64,000 nucleotides of DNA, from NCBI GenBank assembly GCA_000708835.1, contig DF237188.1, positions 66,278-130,277 of the forward strand. Direction: 5' to 3'. This DNA is from Klebsormidium nitens. Lineage: Eukaryota; Plantae; Klebsormidiophyceae. The notes beneath the pieces are model-generated. The model saw only the letters and a program-made list of their open reading frames with translations, made no database searches and was not told the origin of the DNA. Shown here one piece after another: positions 49,247 to 60,610 of this stretch (the stretch's first letter is position 1; each line of letters begins with the position of its first letter). The translations under genes were made by a program, and so were the position numbers.

Positions 49247-52200
49247 ATGCGGCTTAGGATGGTCGTCAAGGGGAAGTCCGAGTGGTGGAAGGCCGGGGGT
49301 GAGCGCGGGGCGCAGGTCGTTCTAGAGAGGGGAGAGGATAACGAGGAGGCCGGGGCGGACGGGCCTGCGAGCGCGCCCAGCGACCGTGAGGCGGAAATGG
49401 TGACGGGGGAGGTGACGTTGGGGCCGCAGGAGGACCTGGTGTTTGTGGGGGAAAGAAAGCGGGGCGAAATGGAGCTGTCCAGGGGGCTAGAAGTAGAACC
49501 GCTGGAGTGCGACGTTGTTCTGGACTGCGAGGTTGTCGAGGAGCTGGTGACCCAGCAGGAGGCACGGGAAAGCGGCGTGGCTGCACGGGAGCAGGCAACG
49601 GGGGTACCCGCAGAACAGCGGACTAGAAAGGCGCGAGAGCCCGGGCTTGAGGAGGGCCCGCAGACACGTGGCAAGAGACAGCGGGACTGCTACCCGGCGG
49701 AGATGGTGCTGCGGAGTAAAGTAGCGAGGACCGGGCTCGGAAGAGCCTGCGCCGAGGGCATTCTGAAGCGGAGCACGCGGCTGGCGCAAACCAAGCAGCG
49801 CAAGCCGGCATCTCCCGAAGGCGTGCTTCCTCTGAACGTCGTCAAGATACGCCCGCCCAAGAAGGTGGTGGCCTTGGCTTGCCAGGAGGCGAGGCGAAGC
49901 AGCGCGAGGGGCCATCACCGGCAGCGGCAGCGCTCCTCGCCCGCAGTGGTGGAGCTGTGCGATCTGACGGGCGACGAGGCGGGACACGTGGCGGACCCAG
50001 AGGAGAAGCCGGCCGTGAGCCCGGCGAGCATCTGCTACCCCGCCGGCGAGGGTGGATTTGAACTGCACGAAGCGGTGAGCAGGGACAGTCAGTATGAGGT
50101 GCAGCGCAGCGCAGCCTAGCCGTTTCGAGACAGACCTGAGGTGGTTGCCCCTTGAATCCTTCGATTTCGCTTCCTAAATGCATTCTTGTATATCTAGACC
50201 TTATTCAACAAGGCGCTGAGATCCCTGTGATCGCCAGTGTGTGCTGCTCGCTACTTGTATTGCCGATCTTGACGTCCATCACACGTGCTGCGCGCAGGAG
50301 CTGCTCGCGCTGGCGCCCCTCACCGACCTCAACGGCTCTCTCATTAACTTCTACATCAGGTGCGTTGCACAGATCTTTTGGAGGCGCCCTGCGTGAACCA
50401 ACCGTCAATCCATGCCGTATTGAGGTGAAAGCCGCCAGCGCCTGGCAGCAAAGAACAGCGACGGATCAGATCGTATACCATCCCGCATCCTGGAAGGCGT
50501 TTGTGCGGCTTTGGACCTGAGCCCCCAACAAGCTTGAAATCAGCTCCTCCCATTCGTCAGACCCATGTGTCGCAAATCTCAGCAAGTGTGCGACTCCCCC
50601 CCCCTCGAATGCTTTCATCCGTGCCTCGCAGGCACCTGCAGCAGCACGGCGCGGTGCGGCCCGGCTTCTTCGTGGCAGACACGTACTTCTACGCCAAGCT
50701 GTGCCAGGTGGCCGCCCGCCCCTCCCCTGCCGGTGCTGCGCACGACTTGCGCTCCCTGCTTGCTTACCTGGCCTGCCCGGACCTTTTCGCGCACAACGCC
50801 ATCGCCATACCCGTGCACGCAACCGGTGGGTCCCAACCCGATGGAGTTTCCGGGCTGACGGGGCCAACTTTTATCTGCTCGTTAGGGGTGGTCTCGGTTG
50901 TTGATTGATCCAACAAGCATTTGCGCCGCCTGCTATAGCGAGCATGCCCCTGGACAGCACTCCTCACTCGTTCGTTGTTGCGATTGCCCACAACATTCCT
51001 GCCCAAGTGTAACGACGTTCACAGCTGCAAGTGTCTTCTCGTTTTCGCAAGACAATGCTCTCTTGAGCTTTGCCTATCGTGCTCGCGTTTTGCCTGGTAA
51101 CCACCCTTTCTCTCCTGAGTGGCCGTTTCTCGGTGCTGCGCGCAGGCCACTGGAGCCTGGCGGTGGTGTGCGCGCCCGGCCTGCTGGCGCCGCTACAGCC
51201 GGGCAAGAAAAGGGCGGCGCAGGGCCCTGCGCCCTTCATCCTGCACCTGGACAGCCTGCCCAAGGGCCGCGGCGGCCACGACACAGCCCTCGTGGCGCGA
51301 CGCCTCAGCAGGTGCGCTCAGGTTGGCACCTCGTAGATTCAAGCACGTGAACGTTTCGCCAGCGTACAGCCTGGGACACGTGTCGCTGACGGCAGAGACC
51401 AGGACTGCTTGGTTGCGAAGGGGCTTCACAGCTGTGGTACTCGCTCACCGGCTGTTGCGTAACAGAAGGCAAGGCTCGCAGGATCTGTTGTTGCAGCTCA
51501 TCCAAGGGCGTATCGGACGAAGCGGACCCGTTTGTGGCTGTCTGCGCTCTGCGCTTACCATCTCTGCGTGCTTGTTGCCAGGTTCGTGAAGGATGCCTGG
51601 CGTGCACGGGAGGCTGCGCGGCTGGTGGCGGCAGGCCGGGCCGTGCCCAAGGCATGGCACCTGCCGGACCTCAAAGAGCGCAGAGTCCAGGTGAGGCCCC
51701 CGTCACAAGAATTCTGCAATGCTTGGTCTGGGCGCCGCTGCCTGCCCTTAATATGCTGGCTTGGGACTGCATGTCGGCTAGCCTAGAGGGAGGGCGTTGG
51801 AAAGGGCAGACAGTTGGAGTGTCGAGCCAGCCGCATGGGAACTTGCTCCGCATCCTCCCATGTTTCCGGTCCGCGTCCTCTTGCGAATTCTCGTGGCCCC
51901 AGCGTGGATGCTCGGTGGCAGGATCCGGTGTTGTTCTCTACCAGTGGAGCCCAGGACGAGGGCAAGGGTCGTTCCTGCGTCCGCAGGGTTAAGTAGGTCC
52001 TTTATGGTCCTCTCTGCCGCGCTGACGTTGCTCTGCGGGTGCGTCGCTGGCAGGTCCCGCAGCAGGACAACAGCTGCGACTGCGGCCTCTTCCTGCTGCT
52101 CAACCTGGCGCGCTTCCTCGCGGCCGCGCCCGACGTCATCCACTGTGCCCAAGTCGACCACGTCGTAAGTGCAGCCTCGTCACGGCCAGCGTCGTGCTTG

Positions 52201-52626
52201 TGGCACCGCTTGCCAAGACGGTGTACGGCTGTTGTTGAGAGCAGCAGCCGCCCTCTTGTTCTCACAAACGCCTTGTGTCTGCGAAAGAATCTCGGGGCGA
52301 TCGTTGCATGCAAGAACTGCAAGTGGTCAATATTCTGCTTCTATGCGGAAGCTCGCAAGGTTGCTTGCGTGCTTGCCCGGATTGCCGTTCTGCCTATGTG
52401 CTGACCGCCTCCCACGCGCTAACTGCAGTTCCGGGGCCATGACTACCCCCTGACAGACGCCGGTCTGCTGCGCGCGCGCCTGCTGCAGCTGGCGTGGCGC
52501 GTCTTCCGACAGCAGCACGGCCCGCACTGGCGGCCCACTGTGTCGGCCGCAACAGGCGCTGCGCTGGGCGTGCAGCTAGAGGCGGACCCTCGGGACGAGG
52601 TGGAGGAGGAACACTCCGCGTGTTGA
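49247..52626 (+). CDS. Ulp-family (peptidase C48) SUMO protease
   Basis: Exons 49247 (or 49065)-50074, 50298-50359, 50632-50825, 51146-51311, 51582-51690, 52054-52164 and 52429-52626 join in frame. They give ICYP...ELLALAPLTDLNGSLINFYIR, DTYFYAKL, GHWSLAVVC (His), ILHLDSL (Asp) and PQQDNSCDCGLF (oxyanion Gln and Cys). The start codon is uncertain. Confidence 0.9.
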
Positions 52627-55600
52627 GATACGTAGTGTAGAATGGTTTTGTTTCCGTCTGCAGAAGTCCTGCAGCGAGACGTGTCATTCGTTTCTAAGTT
52701 TTGCTTTTCTTGTAGAAATGTACTTCTTTTTGCACCTTAATTTCATAATTACAATGATGTGTGTTCATAAGAGTCCTCAAGTGACACGATCCGCGTCAAA
52801 TCTTGCACAGCGGATATCAAGTACGATTGAAATCTTGGATCCAGGCTATGTAGCATCGACCGACCTGACCAATGATGGATCGCGCACAGCACTGCCAAAT
52901 CGAGATCGGCTTACCGGCGCCCGTGTCATTTTTCATTCTGAGAAATGATATCAATAAATGCTCGTGTGCGAGTGCCATATGACCAGTTCATGCATTTAAT
53001 GTTTATCTACGTTGTCTTGACACAGTCACTTTCGGGCCATCCTATCATGAGACATTTGTGTAGGCAACTTCTTTATGCCTGCTAGCTCGGCAAGCTTGAC
53101 ATCTATTCTATGAGCCGCTTGTCTAACAACGATGGTGCTAAATCATCATTGCCTAGGTTGAGATAGACAGCTTCGTGTAGTCTGCCAAAGGCGCGGCCAG
53201 CTTGAAATCTACACATGTGTTCAATAACCATGCATGACCCTAGGGAACTCAGGAGCTAGTGCATGAGACAAACCGTTTGACTGCATTGCACTTTGTGCTC
53301 AGTACATGAATTCGTTGTCCTGCAGATTATTTCGCCTTGGGCTGACTACTGCATATGAAATTAAGGCTACATGCCGATGAGCCGCGGCTGCGGGTTGCCA
53401 TTCATGCTTAATTCATTCCATTTCACACCTGATCGGAGAACATATTGTTACAAGCAGTTGAGCGAGCGGCTTGTGCGTAAATTTTGCAAGACCAGTGATT
53501 CCTGCACAGGGTGAGCCACTTCTGCTGGCTGGATCGTGCCAACGATCGCATTGGCAAAGGATTGACATTACAATGTTAAACTGCGGGAAATGCATGATGC
53601 GTGCAACAGATAGCTTCCCGCTACTTTGGCAACAACCCAGGCAAGGACTAGTGCAACAGGTGTATAGGGGTCAGGGCCCGTGCAGAGTGGCGAGAGGCCG
53701 CGTCCGGACGTACATGCTATATCCTTGCATGCATGTCCTTCAGCCGTTCGCATGCGCGTCTTTACGGCTGCACTCACACTGGACGAGCTGGAAAGCACGC
53801 GGCGGGGCACACCTCGCCAAGGGAGACTGCCATGGGCATATTGTGCTACGAAGCTGCTACAATTGAGTCAATGGAGACGGTGTGCACAACATCTGCGTAC
53901 AGGTCAGCTTTCCCCTTTTAACCGGCAAGGCTCTTATTGAGGTTCGTGCTGTCAAGTTGCACATAAGCAACTTAACTAGTCGTGCTTCACCTTTCAAGCT
54001 ACGAGGAGCATACCGGTACTCGGGTGGGAGTTCCCTCTGCAACTAGCTTCTCGACTCTGCAGATCGCCAGAAATCACCCATGCGCGGCGCGGCTCTGGCT
54101 CCTATTCTGCTTGCTACAAGCTGCTCACGGTCGCTCCTCTGATGAAGATAGACTACTGGTGTCCTCTACAGGAGACGAGACAGCTGCTCCCTCCACTTAG
54201 ACTGAAGGTCTGTGCAGACCCTCAGACTGCCTTTCCCATAGTGGCCTACACGTTTGAAATAACCGCCCAGGTCCAGGCCGTTTTTCAGTCTTGAGCCGTG
54301 CCTGATGTAGATCAGTGAGCACGATCTACCAGCGCAATCCATGACGTGTCAGTGATGAGGTGGCAGCCATAGTACTTTATCGGAAGTATATATTATGTAT
54401 GTATGCATACTTAGATACATACAGCACCTTCGCACCTCTTCAATTCGAATGATTGCCCTGCAATTATATATATACTGGATTCGGAATCATGCGCCAATCC
54501 TGGCATTGAGTAACGTTCGTTAAAATTTGATCGTACAGGAGAAATGGAATTTTAGCTGCAATGTAGCATGCGTCTTATCCCTTAGAAGTGCCTTCGTTGG
54601 TAGACGTGTCTCACGGTGCAGGCAGTGCAGTCTAACATGAGCGACTGCTCGACTAGCCTCAAGTACTGCCAAGGCTCCACCCAATGGCACCCACACTCGT
54701 TCCGCTAAGACAAGGTGTGGGCTGACTCGTGCGGTATAACTAGTACCTCCTGTGCCCAATGATAAGCCGGCATGAACCAGACATGGGTATATCCACGCTA
54801 AGAGCACGTCTGCATCCATCGTCGCCATTGCCATCCTAGGTCATCGCAGTCCGGCTAGACATGCATAACGAGTGCCTATGTACACTGGGTACCTACTTGG
54901 CAGTACTGCTGCTGAAAGCACAGCTTCTCCCGAGCATCCTACCAGTTTCAGTGTCGACTAGTTTTAGACTGATTTCACTCAGCAGAAGACTGTCCAACCT
55001 ACACACTTTTCTTTTGCAGATTCCTCAGGAGAAGCTGTACTACCTAGGCAGGTACTGCCTAGCGCTTTTGGGCTCACGTACCAGCTAGCGGAAACCATGT
55101 AGGCCCGCCCACTGTGCCTATAACCTATCAGATTTCAGTACATTGGATCGTCAGATCAGGGTCAGATCCATTATTGAATCGGCGAGTCAGGTCAAGGGTC
55201 TCTTCAGAGTCTTCACTGTCTCCAGGTATTTTCGGCTACCCAGTTGGCAGTGACGAGCCAGGCTCCCCGAGTCCTGGGCACCTACTTTCACGTGTACCAC
55301 GTACGCAGCGTACTGCATCCGGACTCCGGGGACCGGAGGGGGTCTAGCCCAACCATCGTTCCCCTCCTTTCCATGGGGGTCGTCTTGCCACCTCAAAGTC
55401 TCCCCCCTTGTATCAGCGGGGTGAACGTGTTTGCCAGTGACGTCAGCACGGGTGACACCCAGCGGCCGATGAGCTTCTCGACAGTTACCCCTGCACGTAC
55501 GACCGATCGAACGGCTGCGATTGAAGCCGATACCGAACGTGGTTCAAGAATTTCAACCCGACAATTTCTCCGTCACGGCATAGACGCGTCAGGTTACATT

Positions 55601-57660
55601 GACGCAAAAGAACCGTCCGTGTGTTCTGAGAGCTGCCATCGACGGTTCACGTAAGCGTACGGACTCGTACCCCCTTCGATTGTTGAACTCCGCAAAATGT
55701 ACGTCATTGATTGCTCGCGTCAATGTACAGCGGACTCCGGAGCCGCCTGATCCCGAAACCTGTACTAGGTCCCATTGATTTCGTACCCCCAAAAGCGCAG
55801 AATTTTCCAAGGCCACCAGTACGTGCGCACACAGGCTGCAGAGCCCATGCATGACGACCTTGACATTGAAAAAGTGCACCGACGTCACTCCTTGGTTGAA
55901 CGAGCTCGACATTCGCTGCAGCCCTTCTTGCGATCCACCGCACTTCCCAATGCACGCAGGCACCCAGCAGGGAGCATTGTCTTGAAAGCGACTGAAGGTA
56001 CTCCGCCCTTGTCTCCCCTCGCCCTGCCTTGCTTGCCCCAGCTGCGCGCCAGCAAGAAAGAAACAGCAGGCAGCAGCTCGCTGCCTCACTCCACCATCGC
56101 CACCGCAAAGGAGCACTGCTGCACAAGTTGAGGCGCCGCCGAAAGATCACAGCGCAGCTTGGAGCAGCTGGAATTGATCAGGGGCCCGGCATGTGGTGGC
56201 ACCCCTGACAGCGTAAGGCAAGGCGCACGACGCTGTGGCATTGCGCAAGCTGGTCTGTGCTAGTAAAAGCAGCTAGCTGGGAGCATTGTGGGCACCAGTC
56301 GCCTTGTTTGCGTCTCTTTGTAATGTCTGGCAGCAATATGCAGATCTTGCTGGAAACTTTGGAGTCCTGTGGAACAGCTGGGCACTGCGTTCCTGATCTG
56401 CCCAGTCCCCACAATGACCAGTTTTGCACCAGCATTGCTCTTTTCTGCTCATGGGCACTCCCTAGATCCCTGCAAGAGCATCCACAGAAGAGCTCCTGGG
56501 CTTCCTCTACTACAACGCATCTGGAGAAACAGCTTTACTGCGTGGTGGTCTCACTACCTTCCGGTATGTCATCACCAGGGGCTAAGGTGCAGTACTCCTC
56601 TTTGCAGGCACATGCTCACAGCCCTGGCGGGGAGCATTGTGGTGACCACACCATCAGGACTACCGATTGAAACTCTGAGGCTGCAACACAGGTGAGGGCC
56701 GGCACATTGCGCAGCACGCGGCAGGCAGTGGGCTTGCTTTGGAGCTGGTTGGGGATCAGTGCACAAGCCCCCGGCCTGAAAGGGGCCAGATCTGGGCCTG
56801 CCAGTCCCTGTATCAGATGTCCCTGCGGTCATGAGAAAGCAAGAAGCAGGGGTTTACTGGCCTCACTCGTGATTTGTCCCCTCAATGTAACTGCTCACCT
56901 GTGGGTAAATCCAGGATAAAACAGGCTGGGTGGGAGTCGCGCCTTGTGTCCTATCAACCACTTGTGAGAGACACATTATGCACAATGGGATGGACATGAC
57001 TATGCACGAGGTCCTGACACTTCAAGTTGGAGGGCAGATCTGTCTGTGGTTCATTCCCAGAACTGTTTCACAGCTAAGAGCAGGTTGAAGTATCCAGATA
57101 GGTACTTACTTCCCTCCCCCCCAAAAAGCTCTCCTTTCCTTGGCTACTGAAGATCTTAGCAATGGCATTGTCGTAATGGACAACTCCCCTCCTTGCAGAA
57201 CACCTCTTCACAATCCCTTTCAAAGCAGAGTGTCTTGACATGTTTTCTAGCAATAAGCTCAATCAAGCAAACCACTGACATAAGCAGTGTGAATCCTCCA
57301 GAAAGATCATCCACCAAGCTCTTGTCCAGGTCGCCGTCAAGCTTCCTCCTGTTGCTCCTAGACTGGCAGCCCAACTGGGTGTGCTCTTGGGTGACGACAT
57401 CCAGTCAGCTGTACTGAGAGAATATCCCTCAGGATTCTGAAATGAGGCAAGCTGTAAGCGTCCTCTGGTCCAGGCCCATACTGGATTCAGTGTCTCGGTG
57501 TGCTTATAACCAAGGCGCTTGCTGCTCTAAGGTCTCTTCCCACACAGGAGACCCAAGGCCAGTCGCTCCAGCAGTACACACCCGCAGCCAGTCATGCCTT
57601 AACCTCAGCTTAATCCAGAGAATCTGACCATTTTTCGGCATGTCTCTGCAGGCTCACATC

Positions 57661-60469
57661 ATGGCTGCCTCGCTCTCCCTGCTGCTCCTGGCGCCGCTTG
57701 TGCTCCTCTGCTCCCTCCTGGTGGGGCTGCCTGCGGCGGCCGCACTCGACATTTTCAACCCGGGCTGGACTGCGGGGCAGGCCACCTTCTACCCGGATGC
57801 AGCACAAGGTGCGACACACGCACACGTGGCAGCTCCACCACAGGCAGCCAGACTAGTCTCTTGATTCTCCAATGGACGGGCAGGGTATCCTTTCCAATGT
57901 GTGAGCTTTTGAGGGGTTGCTTCAAGGGATTTTGGCACCATATTCGATCGTCGACAATCCTTTGGAGCCTTTCCGAGGCCCTTTTTCAGCTCAAGGAAAG
58001 CCAGAACTTTTTGAACTAGTTGGACGTCTTTCTCTTGCAGACTCTCTCTTAGCCTCCCTTTTCAGTGGATTATTAAAATAGTAAGCTGGGTAAAAGAACC
58101 GAGTTGAAAGAGACAGGAAGCAGAAAACCTGAGTAAAAATAGCACGGTCCCGAACTGTGTCATCATTTATGGGGACCTTCCTTGCAGCAGAGAATTCGCT
58201 CTGCAGTTCAAGAGGCGCTGCCTGAAAGTGGACTTGTCAACTGCTTCTAAAGTACTCCCTCATTTTACGACATCGATGAAGTAAACGGTACCTTCGGCCT
58301 TTGAATTGTCTTGTGAGTGAGGCCCGCGGATCGCCGTTCGCTGTCCTTCTGGTGCTTCCACATAAAAGACGTCAACTCCTCGTTGACGTACAGGCGGGCA
58401 GTGCCGGTACTTCGGGTACTACGGCAACGCGATCGTGGCGATCGGCAACGAGTACTGGGCCAACGGCGGCGCGTGCGGCTCGTGCTTCGAGCTGCAGTGC
58501 GACCCGAGCAACAACGGCAACGGCAATGCCGTCTACTCCTCCGGCTGCCGCCCCGGCCTGCCCGTGCTCAAAGTCACGCTCTCCGACATCACCGACGAGT
58601 GCTAGTGAGCCGCCCAGCAGCCATGAACAACCCAATGCCACCAGCAAGTGTCTTCGTTTGCGTGCGTCGTCCTTGAAGCCGCCGAACTTGCGCAGTTGCT
58701 TTCACCAGCTTCTCAACTCTAAGTTCGGTAGCACGCAGTTTATGCGCCCTTCGCAACCGACTTGCTGGGAACTGGTACAACTGGCAACGTTTCATCTTGC
58801 TGTCAAGAAGTGGATCACGCGTCCCACTTGTACCCTTCATAGATAAGAGTCTAGCCGTTCCCCTCGTCTCCTGCCGCACAAGAGCGGACATCTCCGGCTC
58901 CCAGCTTGAATACGTCCTAGAAACGTCTCAAGTCTTCCTCGGCACGAGCGGCCATTCGTGCAAGCCCACATTCTCGGCGTCACGTGCATCCCCGTGCGCT
59001 ACTGACGCCTGCTGACGTGTGTGTGCAGTGCCGACAACTGCGGCAACACGGGGTACCACTTCGACCTGGACCCCAGCAAGTACGCCGAGTTCGCCAACTT
59101 CGCGGCGGATGGGGGCGGCATCGTCTACATCAAGTGGAGGCGGTGAGCTGCCCTCCGGCTGCCCACAGCTCATGTGTTGCGAGGCCGTCTAAAAGTTTCG
59201 CATTCACACATTTGAGCAGGACAAGATGCTTCTATACCGTTTATCAAGCTGGAGCATGCTTTCCTCCGCGGATCGCGTTCTGTTGTAAAGCTTCAGCTCT
59301 GATCCATTGCAAGATTCTCAATCAGGGGGGTGAAACACAAGTTCTGGGTTGCACATTTAGGGGCCATGCCGCCTTATCTAGGGACTTCTTCTGAAAGTCA
59401 ACTTGCAACAGACTGGAGGAGACAGTCAGGTTAGGAAAAAAATACCCTACCCTGCTAGCGCTAGTCGTCCGACGGCACGAGCTCTGGCCCAACCCAGCTC
59501 GTAGCGTCACGTGGCGAGTGACCCTGTGTCTGATGGTTGTATGCGCATCGATGCAGGGTGCCGTGCAACTATCAGAAGAACCTGTTGCTGCGCGCGCACG
59601 AGCAGACCAATCCGTGGTGGCTCGGTGAGCCGCACGCTCTCCGCGCAAAGGGGTAGCACGGCCCGTTCCGGACTGGCTGTTCCTTGCACACGACTCGAGT
59701 CTATTCTGCTCGACTCCCGTGTTTCGACATATGCAAAGCTGCAGGCTCCGCTCATTTACTTCCTGCAAGGCCCGATGAATGTTTATGACCTTCAACGAGA
59801 TCGCCAACTGCTTGCAAGCATGACGAGCGCCGTGTTGCTGCCGCAGCGTTCACGGTGTTGGACCAGAACGGCGCGGGGGACATCGACCGCGTGGAGTGGA
59901 GCAGCGCCACCCGAGGTGAGCCGCGCGTGACACGGGACCCGGCGCGAGGCGCCACAGCGCGCACCGCGCTCCTCGGCCAGCCTGCCTTCTCCATGTATGA
60001 GCTCATGGACGACTGTCTGGACATCCAGGAACAGGATCAAACAGGATCATTGTCATGCAGAGTTCGTCGCTCGTACCTTCTGCAGCCGTTCTTGTAATGG
60101 ACGACCCTGCTTCGACGGCTTCGTACATCCGATCACCACTTTCCTGACGGCGTGTGCTCATTACTTTCTTCAAATGTATTGTTGCTCTCACGCTTTTTCG
60201 ACCATCACTGAAAGCTCACCCAACCCGAAGACGCGCGTGTCCGAAAGCCCCGCGCATCAAGAACGTTTTAACACCAATTGTGGTCACTAGCTTTAAGAGT
60301 TCCACGGTTTCCTGATACATCGTGCTTCACGGATTTCAACACTCTCTCCCCGCGCCCGCGTGCAGGGTGGCAAATTGCTCCGCGGTTGGCGTACTCGGGC
60401 AACACGTTCACGATTGGGGGCTACCCGTACGAGCCGCTGTCGGTGCGCATCACCGACTCGGAGCAATGA
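57661..60469 (+). CDS. Secreted expansin (DPBB domain 1 plus CBM63-like domain 2, beta-expansin-like), ending at the first in-frame stop
   Basis: Exons 57661-57808, 58394-58604, 59029-59142, 59557-59624, 59847-59915 and 60366-60469. There is a hydrophobic signal peptide, W..GQATFY, GGQCRYFG, GGACGSCFELQC, the HFDL motif, WRRVPCNY, NPWWLAFTV.DQNGAGDI..VE and PLSVRIT. Confidence 0.9.
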
Positions 60470-60610
60470 ATGTGTGTACTCTACGATGTGATGATCAGAT
60501 CAAAGGCACCTTAGCGCCCCAATTGTGAGTTCGTTAAGTTGACTGGTCTTGTCTGTTGTCGTCATTCGCCGTCATTTTGCTAACTGTTGTGCGTTCCCGC
60601 AACCCTTCAG

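Noticed and set aside
40865-50068. Many long antisense or alternate-frame ORFs (e.g. 40865-42100, 45173-46003, 46675-47520, 49487-50068)
   Set aside because: They are shadows of GC-rich exons on the opposite strand, with S/P/R/A-rich translations and no motifs.
54080-54200. Short signal-peptide-like frames (MRGAALAPILLATSCSRSLL; ARLWLLFCLLQAAHG)
   Set aside because: They are too short, have no downstream exon I could join, and lack a supporting motif.
55840-55990. CWVPAC and CSLCAHVLVAL suggested a THAP or SWIM zinc finger
   Set aside because: The full Cys/His spacing of neither domain is present.
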